From assembly GCA_963708025.1 (NCBI GenBank), contig CAVPSB010000049.1, forward strand, positions 64,001 through 128,000: 64,000 nt of DNA, given 5' to 3'. Of this stretch, positions 1 to 9,684 are shown in pieces. A model generated the notes under the pieces. That model worked only from the letters and a program-made list of their open reading frames with translations, was not told the origin of the DNA and did no database searches. Within the stretch, counting starts at the first letter, position 1. The number at the start of each line of letters is the position of its first letter. Source of the stretch: an uncultured Candidatus Rokubacteria bacterium (lineage in GTDB: Bacteria > Methylomirabilota > Methylomirabilia > Rokubacteriales > DASRDR01). A program made the translations under genes and the position numbers.

Positions 1-1408
1 GCCGGCCGTCCTGGATCTCGCCCCGGATCTCCCCGACCGTCCCGCCCCGCTCGGCGAAGACGTCGTGCTTGTGGATGGTCTCCATGTTGACCTGGCGCGC
101 GTGGACGTACGCGTTGGCCGACAGGTCCGGGTACATCGCGACGACGTTGCCCAACATCTCCCGGACCGCGTCCTCGACGAAGCGGGGGTGCCGGTGGGCC
201 TTCTCGACGACGAACAGCTCGTCGGGTCGCTTGAGCAGATCGTAAGTCTCCGAGCTCATCGAAGCCTCCACGATCTCCACCAGGTCCTCGGCCCGCACCG
301 TCGCGTCGGTCCCCACCAGGAGCCGCCCGCGCCCCCGCTGGTTGTGCGTGGCCAGCGGAACCAGCTCCAGCACCCGGTCGGCCAGGCTCTTCTCGATGCC
401 GCTCTCGATAAGGCGCTCGCGCGCGTGGGCCCGGACCATGTCCTGCGCGCACGGACACGCCATCATCCCCTCCGCCTCCACCCCCACCAGCCGGACGCAG
501 CGGTCGGGGACGGCCGCGGCGATGCCGATCAGGGTGTACAGCTCCTGGGAGGGCTTCCCGGACAGGGGCGCCCGTCGCGTCAGGGGGAAGTGCGCCCGGA
601 TCTCCACGTCCACCCGGCGCGCCCGGTGTCCGAGCACGAGCTGGCGCGCGATGCGCTCGGCCAGCGACTCGACGACCGGGGACTCGAGCCCGCCGATCTC
701 CTCGAGAACCTCCTCCACGGTGTCACTGAATCGCGACATGTGGGCGCCTTTCTGGGCGGCGGGCAGCTCCACCGACAGGTCCAGGGTCGCGTGGAAGAGG
801 GTGCCGCCGTCGGTCAGGCGGATCACCCGGTGAAGACCGGTGACGCCGACGCGGTCGAGGCGGAGCGACGCCAGGGGCTGCTCCTGCTGCACGTCCCGCT
901 CCAGGCGGGCGGTGAGCCCGCGCTCCACCCGCACGACGCCGTTGTTCCCCCGGAGGTCGGCCAGCAGCTCGGCCACCGTCCGGCCCAGCCCCGGGTGGAC
1001 GAGGTCGGGCGCGATGTCGTTCAGCGGGACCAGGACGAACCCGCGCTCGGCGATCAGCGGGTGCGGGATCCGGAGCGACTCGGACTTGATGACCTGGCTG
1101 TCGTAGAACAGGATGTCGAGGTCGATCAGCCGGGGGCCGTAGCGCTCGGTCTGGTGTCGGCCCATGCGCTGCTCGATGCGCTTGAGGACGGTCAGCAGCT
1201 CGTCGGGCGCCAGGGCCGTGACGCCCTTCAGCGCCATGTTCAGGAACCGGGGCTGGTCGGTCACGTAGGCCGGCTCGGTCTCGTAGACCGGCGACAGGCG
1301 CTCCACGTGCACGTGCGCGCGCAGGCTCTGGATCGCCTCGACCAGGTTGGCCTGGCGATCCCCCAGGTTCGAGCCGAGCCCGAAGTAGACGATGTGCTGG
1401 CTGGCCAT
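1..1408 (-). CDS. folK-mptA: FolK (HPPK) - GTP cyclohydrolase MptA/FolE2 fusion, 3' end truncated by window edge
   Basis: Not in ORF track; translated by hand from ATG at 1408. FolK part: MASQHIVYFGLGSNLGDR...YETEP...RYGPRLIDLDIL...PHPLIAERGFVLVPL. It continues in frame to DVQ...LDRVGV...KGAHMSRF...EGMMACPCAQ...ATHNQRG...YDLLKRPDE...PRFVED...ETIHKHD (GTP cyclohydrolase IB/IV family). Confidence 0.9.
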   Translation of the reverse strand, partial: MASQHIVYFGLGSNLGDRQANLVEAIQSLRAHVHVERLSPVYETEPAYVTDQPRFLNMALKGVTALAPDELLTVLKRIEQRMGRHQTERYGPRLIDLDILFYDSQVIKSESLRIPHPLIAERGFVLVPLNDIAPDLVHPGLGRTVAELLADLRGNNGVVRVERGLTARLERDVQQEQPLASLRLDRVGVTGLHRVIRLTDGGTLFHATLDLSVELPAAQKGAHMSRFSDTVEEVLEEIGGLESPVVESLAERIARQLVLGHRARRVDVEIRAHFPLTRRAPLSGKPSQELYTLIGIAAAVPDRCVRLVGVEAEGMMACPCAQDMVRAHARERLIESGIEKSLADRVLELVPLATHNQRGRGRLLVGTDATVRAEDLVEIVEASMSSETYDLLKRPDELFVVEKAHRHPRFVEDAVREMLGNVVAMYPDLSANAYVHARQVNMETIHKHDVFAERGGTVGEIRGEIQDGR

Positions 1409-1422
1409 CGTGCGCTCCCCGA

Positions 1423-1908
1423 TCAACCAGCGTCCCGGTAGAAGGCTCGCTGCCCGAACGACTCCTCCACCTCCACCTCCAGCGCCGTCATGCCGGCGGG
1501 CAGCCTCTCCCCGAGGTGTTCGCGCAGCTCCCGGGCGATCCACCGCGCCAGCATCTCGGCGGTGGTGTTGGGGACCGGGAGCAGGACGACGTCGCTGGCC
1601 GGGAACACGTACCGCCGATCCTTGTACGTCGCCTGCACGTGGTCGCCCTGCCGCTCGATCCGGATCAGCCGGCTCTCCGCGGGCAGCAGCATCTTGTGGT
1701 CGAGTCGGTCCACCACCGCCCGAAGCGCCCGCTTGAGCCGGGTGAAGTCGAAGACGTACGCGTTCTCGTCGAGCGTGCCCTCGACCCCGGCGGCGGCGCG
1801 GTAATTGTGGCCGTGGAGCGACTCGCACTCGTGGCCGTCGTAGGTGATGAAGTGCCCGGCGCAGAAGACCGTGTAGTCCTTCTCGACCCGGACGCGATAG
1901 CCGCTCAC
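1423..1908 (-). CDS. 6-pyruvoyl-tetrahydropterin synthase family protein (CExxHGH, PTPS-I/III type)
   Basis: FCAGHFI...CESLHGHNY...FDF...LDHKML...NTTAEMLA...VEES motifs; GTG start overlaps upstream TGA (GTGA). Confidence 0.85.
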   Translation of the reverse strand: MSGYRVRVEKDYTVFCAGHFITYDGHECESLHGHNYRAAAGVEGTLDENAYVFDFTRLKRALRAVVDRLDHKMLLPAESRLIRIERQGDHVQATYKDRRYVFPASDVVLLPVPNTTAEMLARWIARELREHLGERLPAGMTALEVEVEESFGQRAFYRDAG

Positions 1909-2816
1909 GCCCGCACCCCCGCCAGGCCGGAGAGCAGCCAGACGAACAGCGCCGCCGTCACCAGGTCGGCCGAGGCGCCGGGGTTGAGGCGGTTGCCGTC
2001 CCGTCGGAGGTCCCGATCGAGCCGGCGGGCGGCGGCCTGTCCCCGCGCCGTGTGGAGGCCCCCGGCCCGCAGCACGGCCCGCGCCCGGGTCGCGACGGCG
2101 GCCGCCGCCTCCGACCCGGCCTTGCGCGCGATCAGGCTGTCGGGGGCGCGAGCGAGCACCTCCAGGTGGGCCTGGCCGATCGCGTCGAGCACCGAGAGCC
2201 GGCGTCGCACCGCCCGCCGCAGCGCCGGCAGGGCCACGCCGAAGGTGACCGCGAAGTCGCGCGTATACTCCGCGGCGATCACGTCCCGGTGAGCCGCGAG
2301 CCCCATCGCCTCGCGCAGCGTGACGGCCGGGGGATGCCGGACGTCGGCCACGCGGCTCCGTCCCAGCCCTCCGGGCCCGGCCCGCCGGATCGCCGCGTAG
2401 GCCCACCGCGCGTCGGCGACGCTCAGGCCCCGCAAGAGCCGCCCCAGGCGGCGACGCAGGCCGCCCGGCCCGGGGGACCGCCACGCCGCGGCGATCGGCG
2501 CCAGGAGGAGCGCGACGCCGAGGTTGGTGTTGGTGCCGGTCACCCGCCGGGTGGCCGCCACCGCCCGGTACACGGCCCGCCCGACCCGGCCCGGGCCGGC
2601 GGCGGCGACGGCCGGCCCGATGGCCAGGGCGCTCAGCGCGAAGTCCTCGAACGCCGCGTCGGCGAACCGCCGGGTGGGCGTCACGTTGCCGACCTTCTCG
2701 GCGCTGACCTCCAGGAGGCAGGCCAGGGTCGCGGCCAGCCCGATCGCGGCGTCCGGGCCCCGCCCGGGCCTTCGACGCCTCCGCGGACCGCCCGCCTCAC
2801 GGCCGGAGCGCCTCAT
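1905..2816 (-). CDS. CitG-like triphosphoribosyl-dephospho-CoA synthase family protein (orf7-like of H4MPT/methanofuran clusters)
   Basis: LEVSAEKVGNV, TNTNLG, PDSLIARKAG, NPGASADL motifs; operon context. Confidence 0.85.
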   Translation of the reverse strand: MRRSGREAGGPRRRRRPGRGPDAAIGLAATLACLLEVSAEKVGNVTPTRRFADAAFEDFALSALAIGPAVAAAGPGRVGRAVYRAVAATRRVTGTNTNLGVALLLAPIAAAWRSPGPGGLRRRLGRLLRGLSVADARWAYAAIRRAGPGGLGRSRVADVRHPPAVTLREAMGLAAHRDVIAAEYTRDFAVTFGVALPALRRAVRRRLSVLDAIGQAHLEVLARAPDSLIARKAGSEAAAAVATRARAVLRAGGLHTARGQAAARRLDRDLRRDGNRLNPGASADLVTAALFVWLLSGLAGVRA

Positions 2817-3696
2817 CGCTCGCCCGCCTGGTGGCGGCCACCGCGTGGTCGGCGATGACCCCGGCGACGTCGATCGGGGTCGTGCGCTGGAGCCCGTGCC
2901 ATCCCGGGATCCCGTTGACCTCGATCACGAACGGGCGGCCATCCTCGGTCCGCAGGAGGTCGACGCCCGCGTAGTCGGCCTCGAGAAGCCTCGCCGCCCG
3001 GCGGCTCAACGCGGCCAGCGCGGCGGGCAGCTCCAGCGGCTCGACACGGGCGCCCTGGGCCACGTTCGTCTTCCACCCCGGGCCCCGCCGGACCATCGCC
3101 GCGACCACCCGCCCCCCCACCAGGAAGGCGCGGATGTCCTCGCCCCCGTGGGGGACGAACTCCTGGAGGTAGAAGACCGAGCGGGTCAGCTCCAGGGCGC
3201 GGAAGGTCCGGTAGGCGAGATCGACGTCCGAGACCCGGACCATCCCCCGGCCCTCGGAGCCGAAGAGCGGCTTCACCACCACGTCCCGTCCCAGGTCGTC
3301 GAAGGCCGCCAGGGCGTCGTCGAAGCGCTCGCACACCCGCGTCCGCGGCGTCGGGACGCCAGCGTCCTCGAGGAGCGTCGAGGTGAAGTACTTGTCGACG
3401 CTCCGCTCGATGCAGCGCGCCGAGTTGATCACGGGGACGCCGAGGCGCGCCAGCCGGTGCAGCGCGTCCACTCGGAAGATCACCTGCTCGAGCGAGCCGC
3501 CGGGGATGGCCCGGACGATCACCGCGGCGCACTCGTCGAGGGCGAGCCCGCCGGCCGACAGCCGGGGCCGCTCGCCCAGCCGGGCGGCCAGGGCTGTCAC
3601 CGGCACGACCACCGGCTCGACGCCCCGCGCGAGGAGGGCGGCCTCCAGCCGGCCTTCGTGCCAGCCGGGCCGGGACCCGAGAATGGCGATCTTCAT
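2797..3696 (-). CDS. RimK-family ATP-grasp alpha-L-glutamate ligase (orf5-like, cofactor glutamylation)
   Basis: MKIAILG...GSLEQVIFRVDALH...DKY...VVKPLFGSEGRG...YLQEF...DIRAF...WKTNVAQGA...GVDLL...EVNGIPGW; directly downstream of mch. Confidence 0.88.
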   Translation of the reverse strand: MKIAILGSRPGWHEGRLEAALLARGVEPVVVPVTALAARLGERPRLSAGGLALDECAAVIVRAIPGGSLEQVIFRVDALHRLARLGVPVINSARCIERSVDKYFTSTLLEDAGVPTPRTRVCERFDDALAAFDDLGRDVVVKPLFGSEGRGMVRVSDVDLAYRTFRALELTRSVFYLQEFVPHGGEDIRAFLVGGRVVAAMVRRGPGWKTNVAQGARVEPLELPAALAALSRRAARLLEADYAGVDLLRTEDGRPFVIEVNGIPGWHGLQRTTPIDVAGVIADHAVAATRRASDEALRP

Positions 3697-4649
3697 CCCA
3701 CACCCAGGGACGCTCGCAGCACGTCGGCGTTGAGACGACCGGCCCGGGCGACCCGGCCGGTCGTGAGGTTGTTGAGCGTGACCTCGGCGGGGCTGAAGAG
3801 CCCGCGGTCGATCTTGTAGAACTGGTTGTCGTAGCGCTTGAAGATCTCGTAGAAGGGCGTCCCGTAGTCGGCCGACGAGGACGCGGGCAGCTGCTCGACG
3901 AGGGCGGCCAGCGCCGCGTCGTCGGCCCGGAGGGTGAAGTAGGCCCGGGTGCCGTAAAGGATGCAGTCGTTGGTCCACCCGATCGCGCGCAGGTCGTTCT
4001 TGGCGACCGGGGCCAGCGGACAGATGCCGAGCCCGCTCCGAACCTGGTGGACGTCGAACGCCAGCTCGACCATCTTGTGGAGCCCGGTCTCGACCGAGCG
4101 CGCCGCGACCTGGACGCAGCCGGCCACGCTCGCGGTCGGGGCGATGAGGAGCGTCAGCCGGGCCGGATCCAGCCGGCACCGCTCGGCGACGTGGGCGGCC
4201 ACGGCCTCGCCGGGCAGGGTCCGACCCTCCAGCACGAGCGCCGCGCTGTCGGAGGCCTCGGCGTAGTCGATCTTGCCGAACAGCTCGCGCTCGACCCGGG
4301 CCAGCGCCCGGGCCGGCCCCGAGCCCATCGCGAAGTACCCCGGGGGATCGATCGCCCAGCCGGCGTACTGGGACGCCAGGCACGCCGCCACCGGGTGGTC
4401 GGTCTCGACCTGAACGGCCGGCAGCCACAGGTCGCCGACCTCGGCCGTGGTGAACGAGACCGCGCCCAGGCCGCCGAGGCAGACCTCGGCCAGCCGCCGT
4501 CCCGCCTCCAGCCCGCCCTCCGCCTCGACACCGCAGTCGATGACGCGCGCCCCGTTGCCGAGGCGCGTGACCCGGATCCGGAGGCGCTCCGCCTCGGCCG
4601 CCATCGCGTCGGCCAGGCCCAGGGCGCGGCGGTTCAAGGCGAGGTCCAT
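3693..4649 (-). CDS. mch: Methenyltetrahydromethanopterin cyclohydrolase
   Basis: IDCGV...GGLEAG...CLGGLG...ACLASQYAGW...AMGSGPARA...APTASVAG.VQVAARSVE...TNDCILYG...FYKIDRGLFSPA. Confidence 0.95.
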   Translation of the reverse strand: MDLALNRRALGLADAMAAEAERLRIRVTRLGNGARVIDCGVEAEGGLEAGRRLAEVCLGGLGAVSFTTAEVGDLWLPAVQVETDHPVAACLASQYAGWAIDPPGYFAMGSGPARALARVERELFGKIDYAEASDSAALVLEGRTLPGEAVAAHVAERCRLDPARLTLLIAPTASVAGCVQVAARSVETGLHKMVELAFDVHQVRSGLGICPLAPVAKNDLRAIGWTNDCILYGTRAYFTLRADDAALAALVEQLPASSSADYGTPFYEIFKRYDNQFYKIDRGLFSPAEVTLNNLTTGRVARAGRLNADVLRASLGVG

Positions 4650-4704
4650 ACCAGGATCTCCGGGGCCGCCCTGGTCCCGCTGCTCGGGGGCCACACGAAG
4701 CACC

Positions 4705-5523
4705 TCAACCCGACGTCCATACAAGGATCTCCCCCTTCCCCAGCTCCGTGAAGTCGCCCGAGTAGCGGCGATACCGCCCGGCGCCGCCGTCGGGCACGTC
4801 GAGACCCCGTCCGCGGAGCTCTCGGACGTACAGCGGCAGCCACGGCGGCCGGTACTCGCAGTCGAACTTGAACGTCGGCAGGAGGGCGATCGGACCCTCC
4901 CCCCGCTGGTAGGCCACGATCGTACCCCGCTTCATCCCGGCACCCGCCCGGATGCCGAGCCGGCCGAGCACGAAAAGGCTGCCGGCCAGCATCGACACGC
5001 CCGCGAAGTCGCCGGCGTCCCCGCCGACGGCGATGAGGCCGCGCCGCATCGCGCACCCGGCCTCGTTGCCGGCGGAGCCCCGGACCAGGATCGTCCCCCC
5101 GCGCATTCCCTTCGGACTGCCTCGGTACGCCGCGCCCAGCAGGTGGCCGGCCCATCCGCCCACCACGATCGTGCCGCCGCGCATCTCGGCGCCGGTCCAG
5201 TCCCCGGCATTTCCGTGGACCTCGATCTCCCCGCCCCGCATCTCGGCGCCCAGGTGCATGCCGGCATCGCCCCGCACCTCGAGCCGGCCCCGGGTCATGC
5301 CCTTGCCGAGGTACTTGACTCGCGAGCAGTCTCCCTCGAGCCGGATCGTCTCGTCGACGTCCCCCCGAACCGTGAAGAAGTCCCCGAGCGTCGCAGCCAC
5401 GTTGCCGTGGAAGACGGGCAGCCGCTCGACCTCGGCCCGGGTGCGGCCGGCGAAGGTGTCGGGAGTGATCGACTCCGCCTCCAGGGGCACGGTCAGCGTC
5501 GCGGTCGGGGTCAGCGTGATCAC
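4705..5523 (-). CDS. fwdC: Formylmethanofuran dehydrogenase subunit C (beta-helix)
   Basis: VPLEAESITPD, repeated G-x-x-M-x-G-G motifs, C-terminal RYSGDFTELGKGEIL. Confidence 0.93.
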   Translation of the reverse strand: MITLTPTATLTVPLEAESITPDTFAGRTRAEVERLPVFHGNVAATLGDFFTVRGDVDETIRLEGDCSRVKYLGKGMTRGRLEVRGDAGMHLGAEMRGGEIEVHGNAGDWTGAEMRGGTIVVGGWAGHLLGAAYRGSPKGMRGGTILVRGSAGNEAGCAMRRGLIAVGGDAGDFAGVSMLAGSLFVLGRLGIRAGAGMKRGTIVAYQRGEGPIALLPTFKFDCEYRPPWLPLYVRELRGRGLDVPDGGAGRYRRYSGDFTELGKGEILVWTSG

Positions 5524-6500
5524 GCCCAGACCTGGCAGTCAGCGCCGCGATTGCGGGCCGGCGTGCAAGAAACGACGGCGTCGTCCCCGAGGAGCGCTCC
5601 CAGCTCCTCGGCGAGACCCGCGGCCGCCGACTCTCCCCGCACCAGCGCGAACACCGTCGGCCCCCACGAGCTCTGCCCCACGCCCGCCGCCCCCCGCTTC
5701 AGCGCCAGCTCGGCGGCGCGCTTCCCGGTGGGGCTCGCGTAGACGCCGCCCTGGTACGGGGCGAAGTGCTCCCCGACCAGGAGCTGGATCTCGGTGATCG
5801 CCTCCCCGAACCCCAACACGTCGTCGGTCATCACGGCCGGCGCCACCCTCATCAGGGTCAGCCGGCAGATCCGGCCCACCGCATCCCCACTCATCGGGGG
5901 GAGCGTCCGGAACACCCGCTCCTCCGGCGATCCACTCAGCCCCTGAGCCTCGAGCGGCGTCGCGAGAACGAAGCGCCAGTCGTCGGGAATCGGATGCCGG
6001 AAGATCACCGGCGGCAGCGCCTCGTCCGGCGGCGGCTCGGTCCCGGGTGTCCCGCGCGGGCCGCTCGGCTGGCCGGCGTCCACGGCAAACCCGCCGTGCT
6101 CGAACAGCGCGATCCCGACTCCCGACCGCCGCCCCCGCCCGGCGAGCAAGGCCAGCTCCCGGACGGACAGGGGCCGGCCGAGGACCCGGGACGCCGCCAG
6201 GCCCACGGCCAGGCGGAGCTGGGTTCCCGAGCCCAGACCCGCGTGGCGCGGTATCGTCTCGAGGACCCGGACGGTGACAGCCCCCGCCGCCGGGAGGTCG
6301 CGGCCCAGCTCCGCGAGCAGGGCGCGGGCCTCGTCCGGCGGCGCGCCCGGCGCCTCCGCGGCGGCCGCCGGTCGCGCCTCGACCACGGTCCGCGGTCGCT
6401 CGATGGCCACGCCGAGGGAGCCGAACAGCCTCCCGCAATCGCCGTTGAGGTCGATGAACCCCAGGTGCAGCCGTGCCCCCGTCCCGACGACGACCCTCAT
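5520..6500 (-). CDS. mptG: Beta-ribofuranosylaminobenzene 5'-phosphate synthase (GHMP family)
   Basis: ARLHLGFIDL, HAGLGSGTQL, GRGRRSGVG...GGFAVDAG, GVGQSSWGPT. Confidence 0.9.
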   Translation of the reverse strand: MRVVVGTGARLHLGFIDLNGDCGRLFGSLGVAIERPRTVVEARPAAAAEAPGAPPDEARALLAELGRDLPAAGAVTVRVLETIPRHAGLGSGTQLRLAVGLAASRVLGRPLSVRELALLAGRGRRSGVGIALFEHGGFAVDAGQPSGPRGTPGTEPPPDEALPPVIFRHPIPDDWRFVLATPLEAQGLSGSPEERVFRTLPPMSGDAVGRICRLTLMRVAPAVMTDDVLGFGEAITEIQLLVGEHFAPYQGGVYASPTGKRAAELALKRGAAGVGQSSWGPTVFALVRGESAAAGLAEELGALLGDDAVVSCTPARNRGADCQVWA

Positions 6501-7081
6501 CCGGCAGACTCCCGCGGCGTCTTCCCGGCGATGTAGGCCCGGATGAACGCCATGGCGTCCCGCTCGTCCGGTCCCCCGGTCTTCTCCACCAGGACGTCGA
6601 GCCGGTCCAGATCGCCCAGCACCTCCTCGCGGGGCAGGCGGTGGATCCGGGAGGCCAGGATGCTGGCCTCCACCACCGCGTGCTTGGCCCGGCACAGCCC
6701 GGCGAACGGCCGGGCCTCCCCCGTCCCGACGACCCGGGTCACCACGTCCGCCCGCCCGCCGCCCTGGCCCGTCGCCGCCGGAAGCCCGACCGCCTCGACG
6801 GCCACCTCCCGCCAGTGGCAGACGTCCCGGAGCACCGCCCCGCGGACGTGCCGCGCCGGCACCCACGGGAGCGGCTCGTGGGAGAGCGCGCTCTTGACGA
6901 AGTGCAGGACGTTGTCCGTCACGTTGACCACCGCCGCCCGCGACGCCACGAGGTTCCGGTACGTCCGCGTGTTCAGGAACGGTCGGATCGTGATGGTCGC
7001 CTCGTCCCAGACGACGCCCATGGCCGCGAAGTTCGGCTGGCCCGCCGGGTCCAGGGTCGTCACGACGGTCTCGATGATCAC
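6497..7081 (-). CDS. DUF447 family protein (orf9-like, methanopterin-linked)
   Basis: IIETVVTT...NFAAMG...RPF..TRTYRN...RAKHAVVEASILASR...KTGG; GTGA coupling to ftr stop. Confidence 0.82.
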   Translation of the reverse strand: MIIETVVTTLDPAGQPNFAAMGVVWDEATITIRPFLNTRTYRNLVASRAAVVNVTDNVLHFVKSALSHEPLPWVPARHVRGAVLRDVCHWREVAVEAVGLPAATGQGGGRADVVTRVVGTGEARPFAGLCRAKHAVVEASILASRIHRLPREEVLGDLDRLDVLVEKTGGPDERDAMAFIRAYIAGKTPRESAG

Positions 7082-7980
7082 CGGGGTGGATCGGACCCGA
7101 GCACGTGGTGGAGGCGCACCTGGTACTGCCCGAGCTTGCCGCCGTAGTTGCCGGCCGAGATCCGCACGATGCCCGGCCGGCACGCCGCCCGGACACCGGC
7201 CCGGGTCGCCGCCTCCACCGAGGCGAGGTCGAGTCCGTCGATCACGATCTCGTACACCGCGTTCACGCCCTCCGGCAGCTCGGTCCGGCTGTGCGCCCGC
7301 AAGGTCGGGCAGTAGGCGTCGTTGGTCGATGCCCGCAGCGCCTTGTACCGGGAGCCGACCTTGCTGCCGCTCCGGACGACGCCGCCCGGGAAGGGCACGA
7401 TCACGCCCGGGACCCGCCGGATGGCCTCGACGGCCGCCTCGGCCGCCGCCAGGGCCGCCGCCTGGTCCACGCCGAGCAGCAGGAAATTCCCCCCCGCCAC
7501 CGCCCGCTGCACGGCGAAGGTCTCCTCGCAGAGGAACTCGCCGTCCATCACCGGCACCCGCCAGTAGCGGCGGCCGCCGAGCTTCTTGCTCGCCTGGAAC
7601 CCGTCGCCGAAGAACCGGAGCGAGCCCCCGACCTTGACGGTCTCCTCGCCGGCGGGGAGCCCGTCGAAGCACGCCGTGGTCGGGCACGTCATCACGCACT
7701 GGCCGACCCGGTTCAGCAGCGCCTTCCCGAGCGCCGCCGTGGTGAAGCCGAAGAAGAGGAGGCTGGCCCCCGGCCGGCCGTCGGGGGTCCGTTCGGGCTC
7801 GAGCTCCGCTTCGATCCCGGCCTCGGCGTCACAGCCGATGACCGAGGTGGCGTAGCCGGTGGCCACCGATGCCGCCGTGCGGGCCCAGGCGCGGGTCTCG
7901 GCGGTGACGATCACGCGCGCCGCCCGCATCTTGAACGCCTCGGCGAAGGTGTCCTCGATCTCGACGCCGTTCAGCGTCAC
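7078..7980 (-). CDS. ftr: Formylmethanofuran--tetrahydromethanopterin formyltransferase
   Basis: IEDTFAEAF...TSVIGCDAEAG...TPDGRPG...RVGQCVMTCPT...FFGDG...GGNF...RSGSK...YEIVIDG...SAGNYGGKLG. Confidence 0.95.
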   Translation of the reverse strand: MTLNGVEIEDTFAEAFKMRAARVIVTAETRAWARTAASVATGYATSVIGCDAEAGIEAELEPERTPDGRPGASLLFFGFTTAALGKALLNRVGQCVMTCPTTACFDGLPAGEETVKVGGSLRFFGDGFQASKKLGGRRYWRVPVMDGEFLCEETFAVQRAVAGGNFLLLGVDQAAALAAAEAAVEAIRRVPGVIVPFPGGVVRSGSKVGSRYKALRASTNDAYCPTLRAHSRTELPEGVNAVYEIVIDGLDLASVEAATRAGVRAACRPGIVRISAGNYGGKLGQYQVRLHHVLGSDPPR

Positions 7981-9652
7981 GCCGCGCCGCCTCCCGCCGG
8001 CCGGCGGCTCGGCGCGTGAGGGGTCGTCACGCGCTCCGGGTGCGGCAGGTAGTCGAGCTCGACCGGGTAGTTCTCGAACTCGATCGTGTAGAAGTCGGCG
8101 AACCACTTCCGGACCTCGGGGACGAGGGCCGGGTCGTAAGCCGGCTCGACGTAGAACGTCCGTCCGTCCACGGTCCGGCGGATCTCGCCGTCCTCGATGA
8201 CCACGTCGCCCGCCTTGACGAGGTAGCGGGGCGCCGCGAACGTCTGCTCCCAGTCGGCCTTGACGTCGAGGATCGCGATGTCGGCGTCGGCGCCGGGCCC
8301 CAGATGGCCCTTGCTGGACAGCCCGAGCAGCCGCGCGGGCGCGGCCCGCGTGATGGTGACGATCTCGGCGAGCGTGTACTCGCGATCCAGCTCGGGCAGG
8401 CGCGTCCCGGCGAGGGCCTTCTGGTTGACGCCCCGCATGGCTTCTTTCCGGAACTCGCCGGTCCATGAGGAGCCGGATGATCCGCGGGTACGCGAGGAAC
8501 GAGCCGCCGTTGGGGTGGTCGGTGGAAAGGACGATCCGCCACGGATCGCGCATCATGAGGAACCACTCGAGCCCGATGGCCCACTGGGTGGTGTGGACGT
8601 GACTCCCCGGCTTGTAGCGGATGGGCACGATGCCGCATCCCTCTTCCAGCTCCACGTCGCCGTTGAACCACTTCCGGCCGGTGAGCCCGTGGAGATAGTA
8701 GCCGAGCGGGCCGTCGCCGGTCATCGAGGTCGTCTCCCCGAACACCACCTGGCCGACGTCGACGGTCAGGTTGTCGTGGGCGTTCACGTACTCGACCAGG
8801 TCGGGGACCCGGGAGGTGAGCAAGCCGCCCGGCTCGCCGCCGTAACAGTGGAACTGGATGTGGGCGAGGTGGGCGCGCCGGCCCTCCAGCGCCCGCATGG
8901 TCTCCAGCGTGGTCGCCCAGTTGCCACCGACCCCGAGGTTGTTGGCGTGGAGGTGGACCGGATGGGGCAGGCCGAGGTCGGTCACCGCCTGGGCCAGCGC
9001 GACGATGATCTGACGCGGCGTCACCCCGAAGGCGGGGACGACGTCGTCGAGCCCCGTGACGTTGCCCCCGGAATCCTTCCAGACCTCGACCCCGCCCGGA
9101 TTGACCACCTTGACCCCGTACCCCTTGGCCGCCCCGAGCAGCCAGGCCACGAAGTGCCGCACCTTCTCCGTCTCCCCGGCCCGGAGGCAGCGCAGGAGGA
9201 ACTCGTTGTTGCCCATCAGCACCAAGAACCCCTTGTCGATGAGGGGCGTGTCGTGGAGCTCCTCGTGGGCGTGCCGCGCTCCCAGCGGCGGGATCGCCGC
9301 GTCGAAGGCGGTCGTGTAGCCGAGGCGCGCGTAGCTTGTAGCCGGTGGCGAAGGTGGAGGGATTGCTCCCCATGACGCCCGAGCGCGTGACCGCGGTGCG
9401 CCGGACCGGCTCGGCCCGGCGGTGGTCCTCGGGGCGCATCTTGCGCGCCGCGTTCACCTTGGGGCCGGCGATGTGGGAGTGGATGTCCACGCCGCCGGGC
9501 ATCACCAGCATGCCGCGGGCGTCGATCGTGCGCGCCGTCCCGTCGAGGGCGGACTCCTCGACGATCCGGCCGTCGCGGACGGCGATCGTGCGAGTGGCGC
9601 CGTCGAGCCCGTTGGCCGGATCGTAGACCTTGCCGTTGACGATCCGGAGCAT
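7977..9652 (-). CDS. fwdA: Formylmethanofuran dehydrogenase subunit A (amidohydrolase); two single-base frameshifts (~9335, ~8457), probably sequencing indels
   Basis: MLRIVNGKVYDPANG...GGVDIHSHIAG; after shift GYTTAFDAA...GVKVVNPGG...HPVHLHANNLG...HIQFH...STDHPNGG; after second shift ELDREYTLAEIVTITRAAPA...GADADI. Confidence 0.9.
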
Positions 9653-9684
9653 CAGGCAGGGGTTCCCCTCGCGGCCCGGCGAGG

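Noticed and set aside
65-1441. 458-aa plus-strand ORF and other long plus-strand ORFs (e.g. 9925-12225, 26115-29267, 43707-46301, 53990-56890)
   Set aside because: Antisense shadows of recognisable minus-strand genes in high-GC DNA; no motifs of their own.
7078-9225. Apparent FwdA-Ftr fusion protein (715 aa in ORF track)
   Set aside because: Created by the frameshift near 8457. The FwdA C-terminus is in another frame, and ftr has its own GTG overlapping the fwdA stop.
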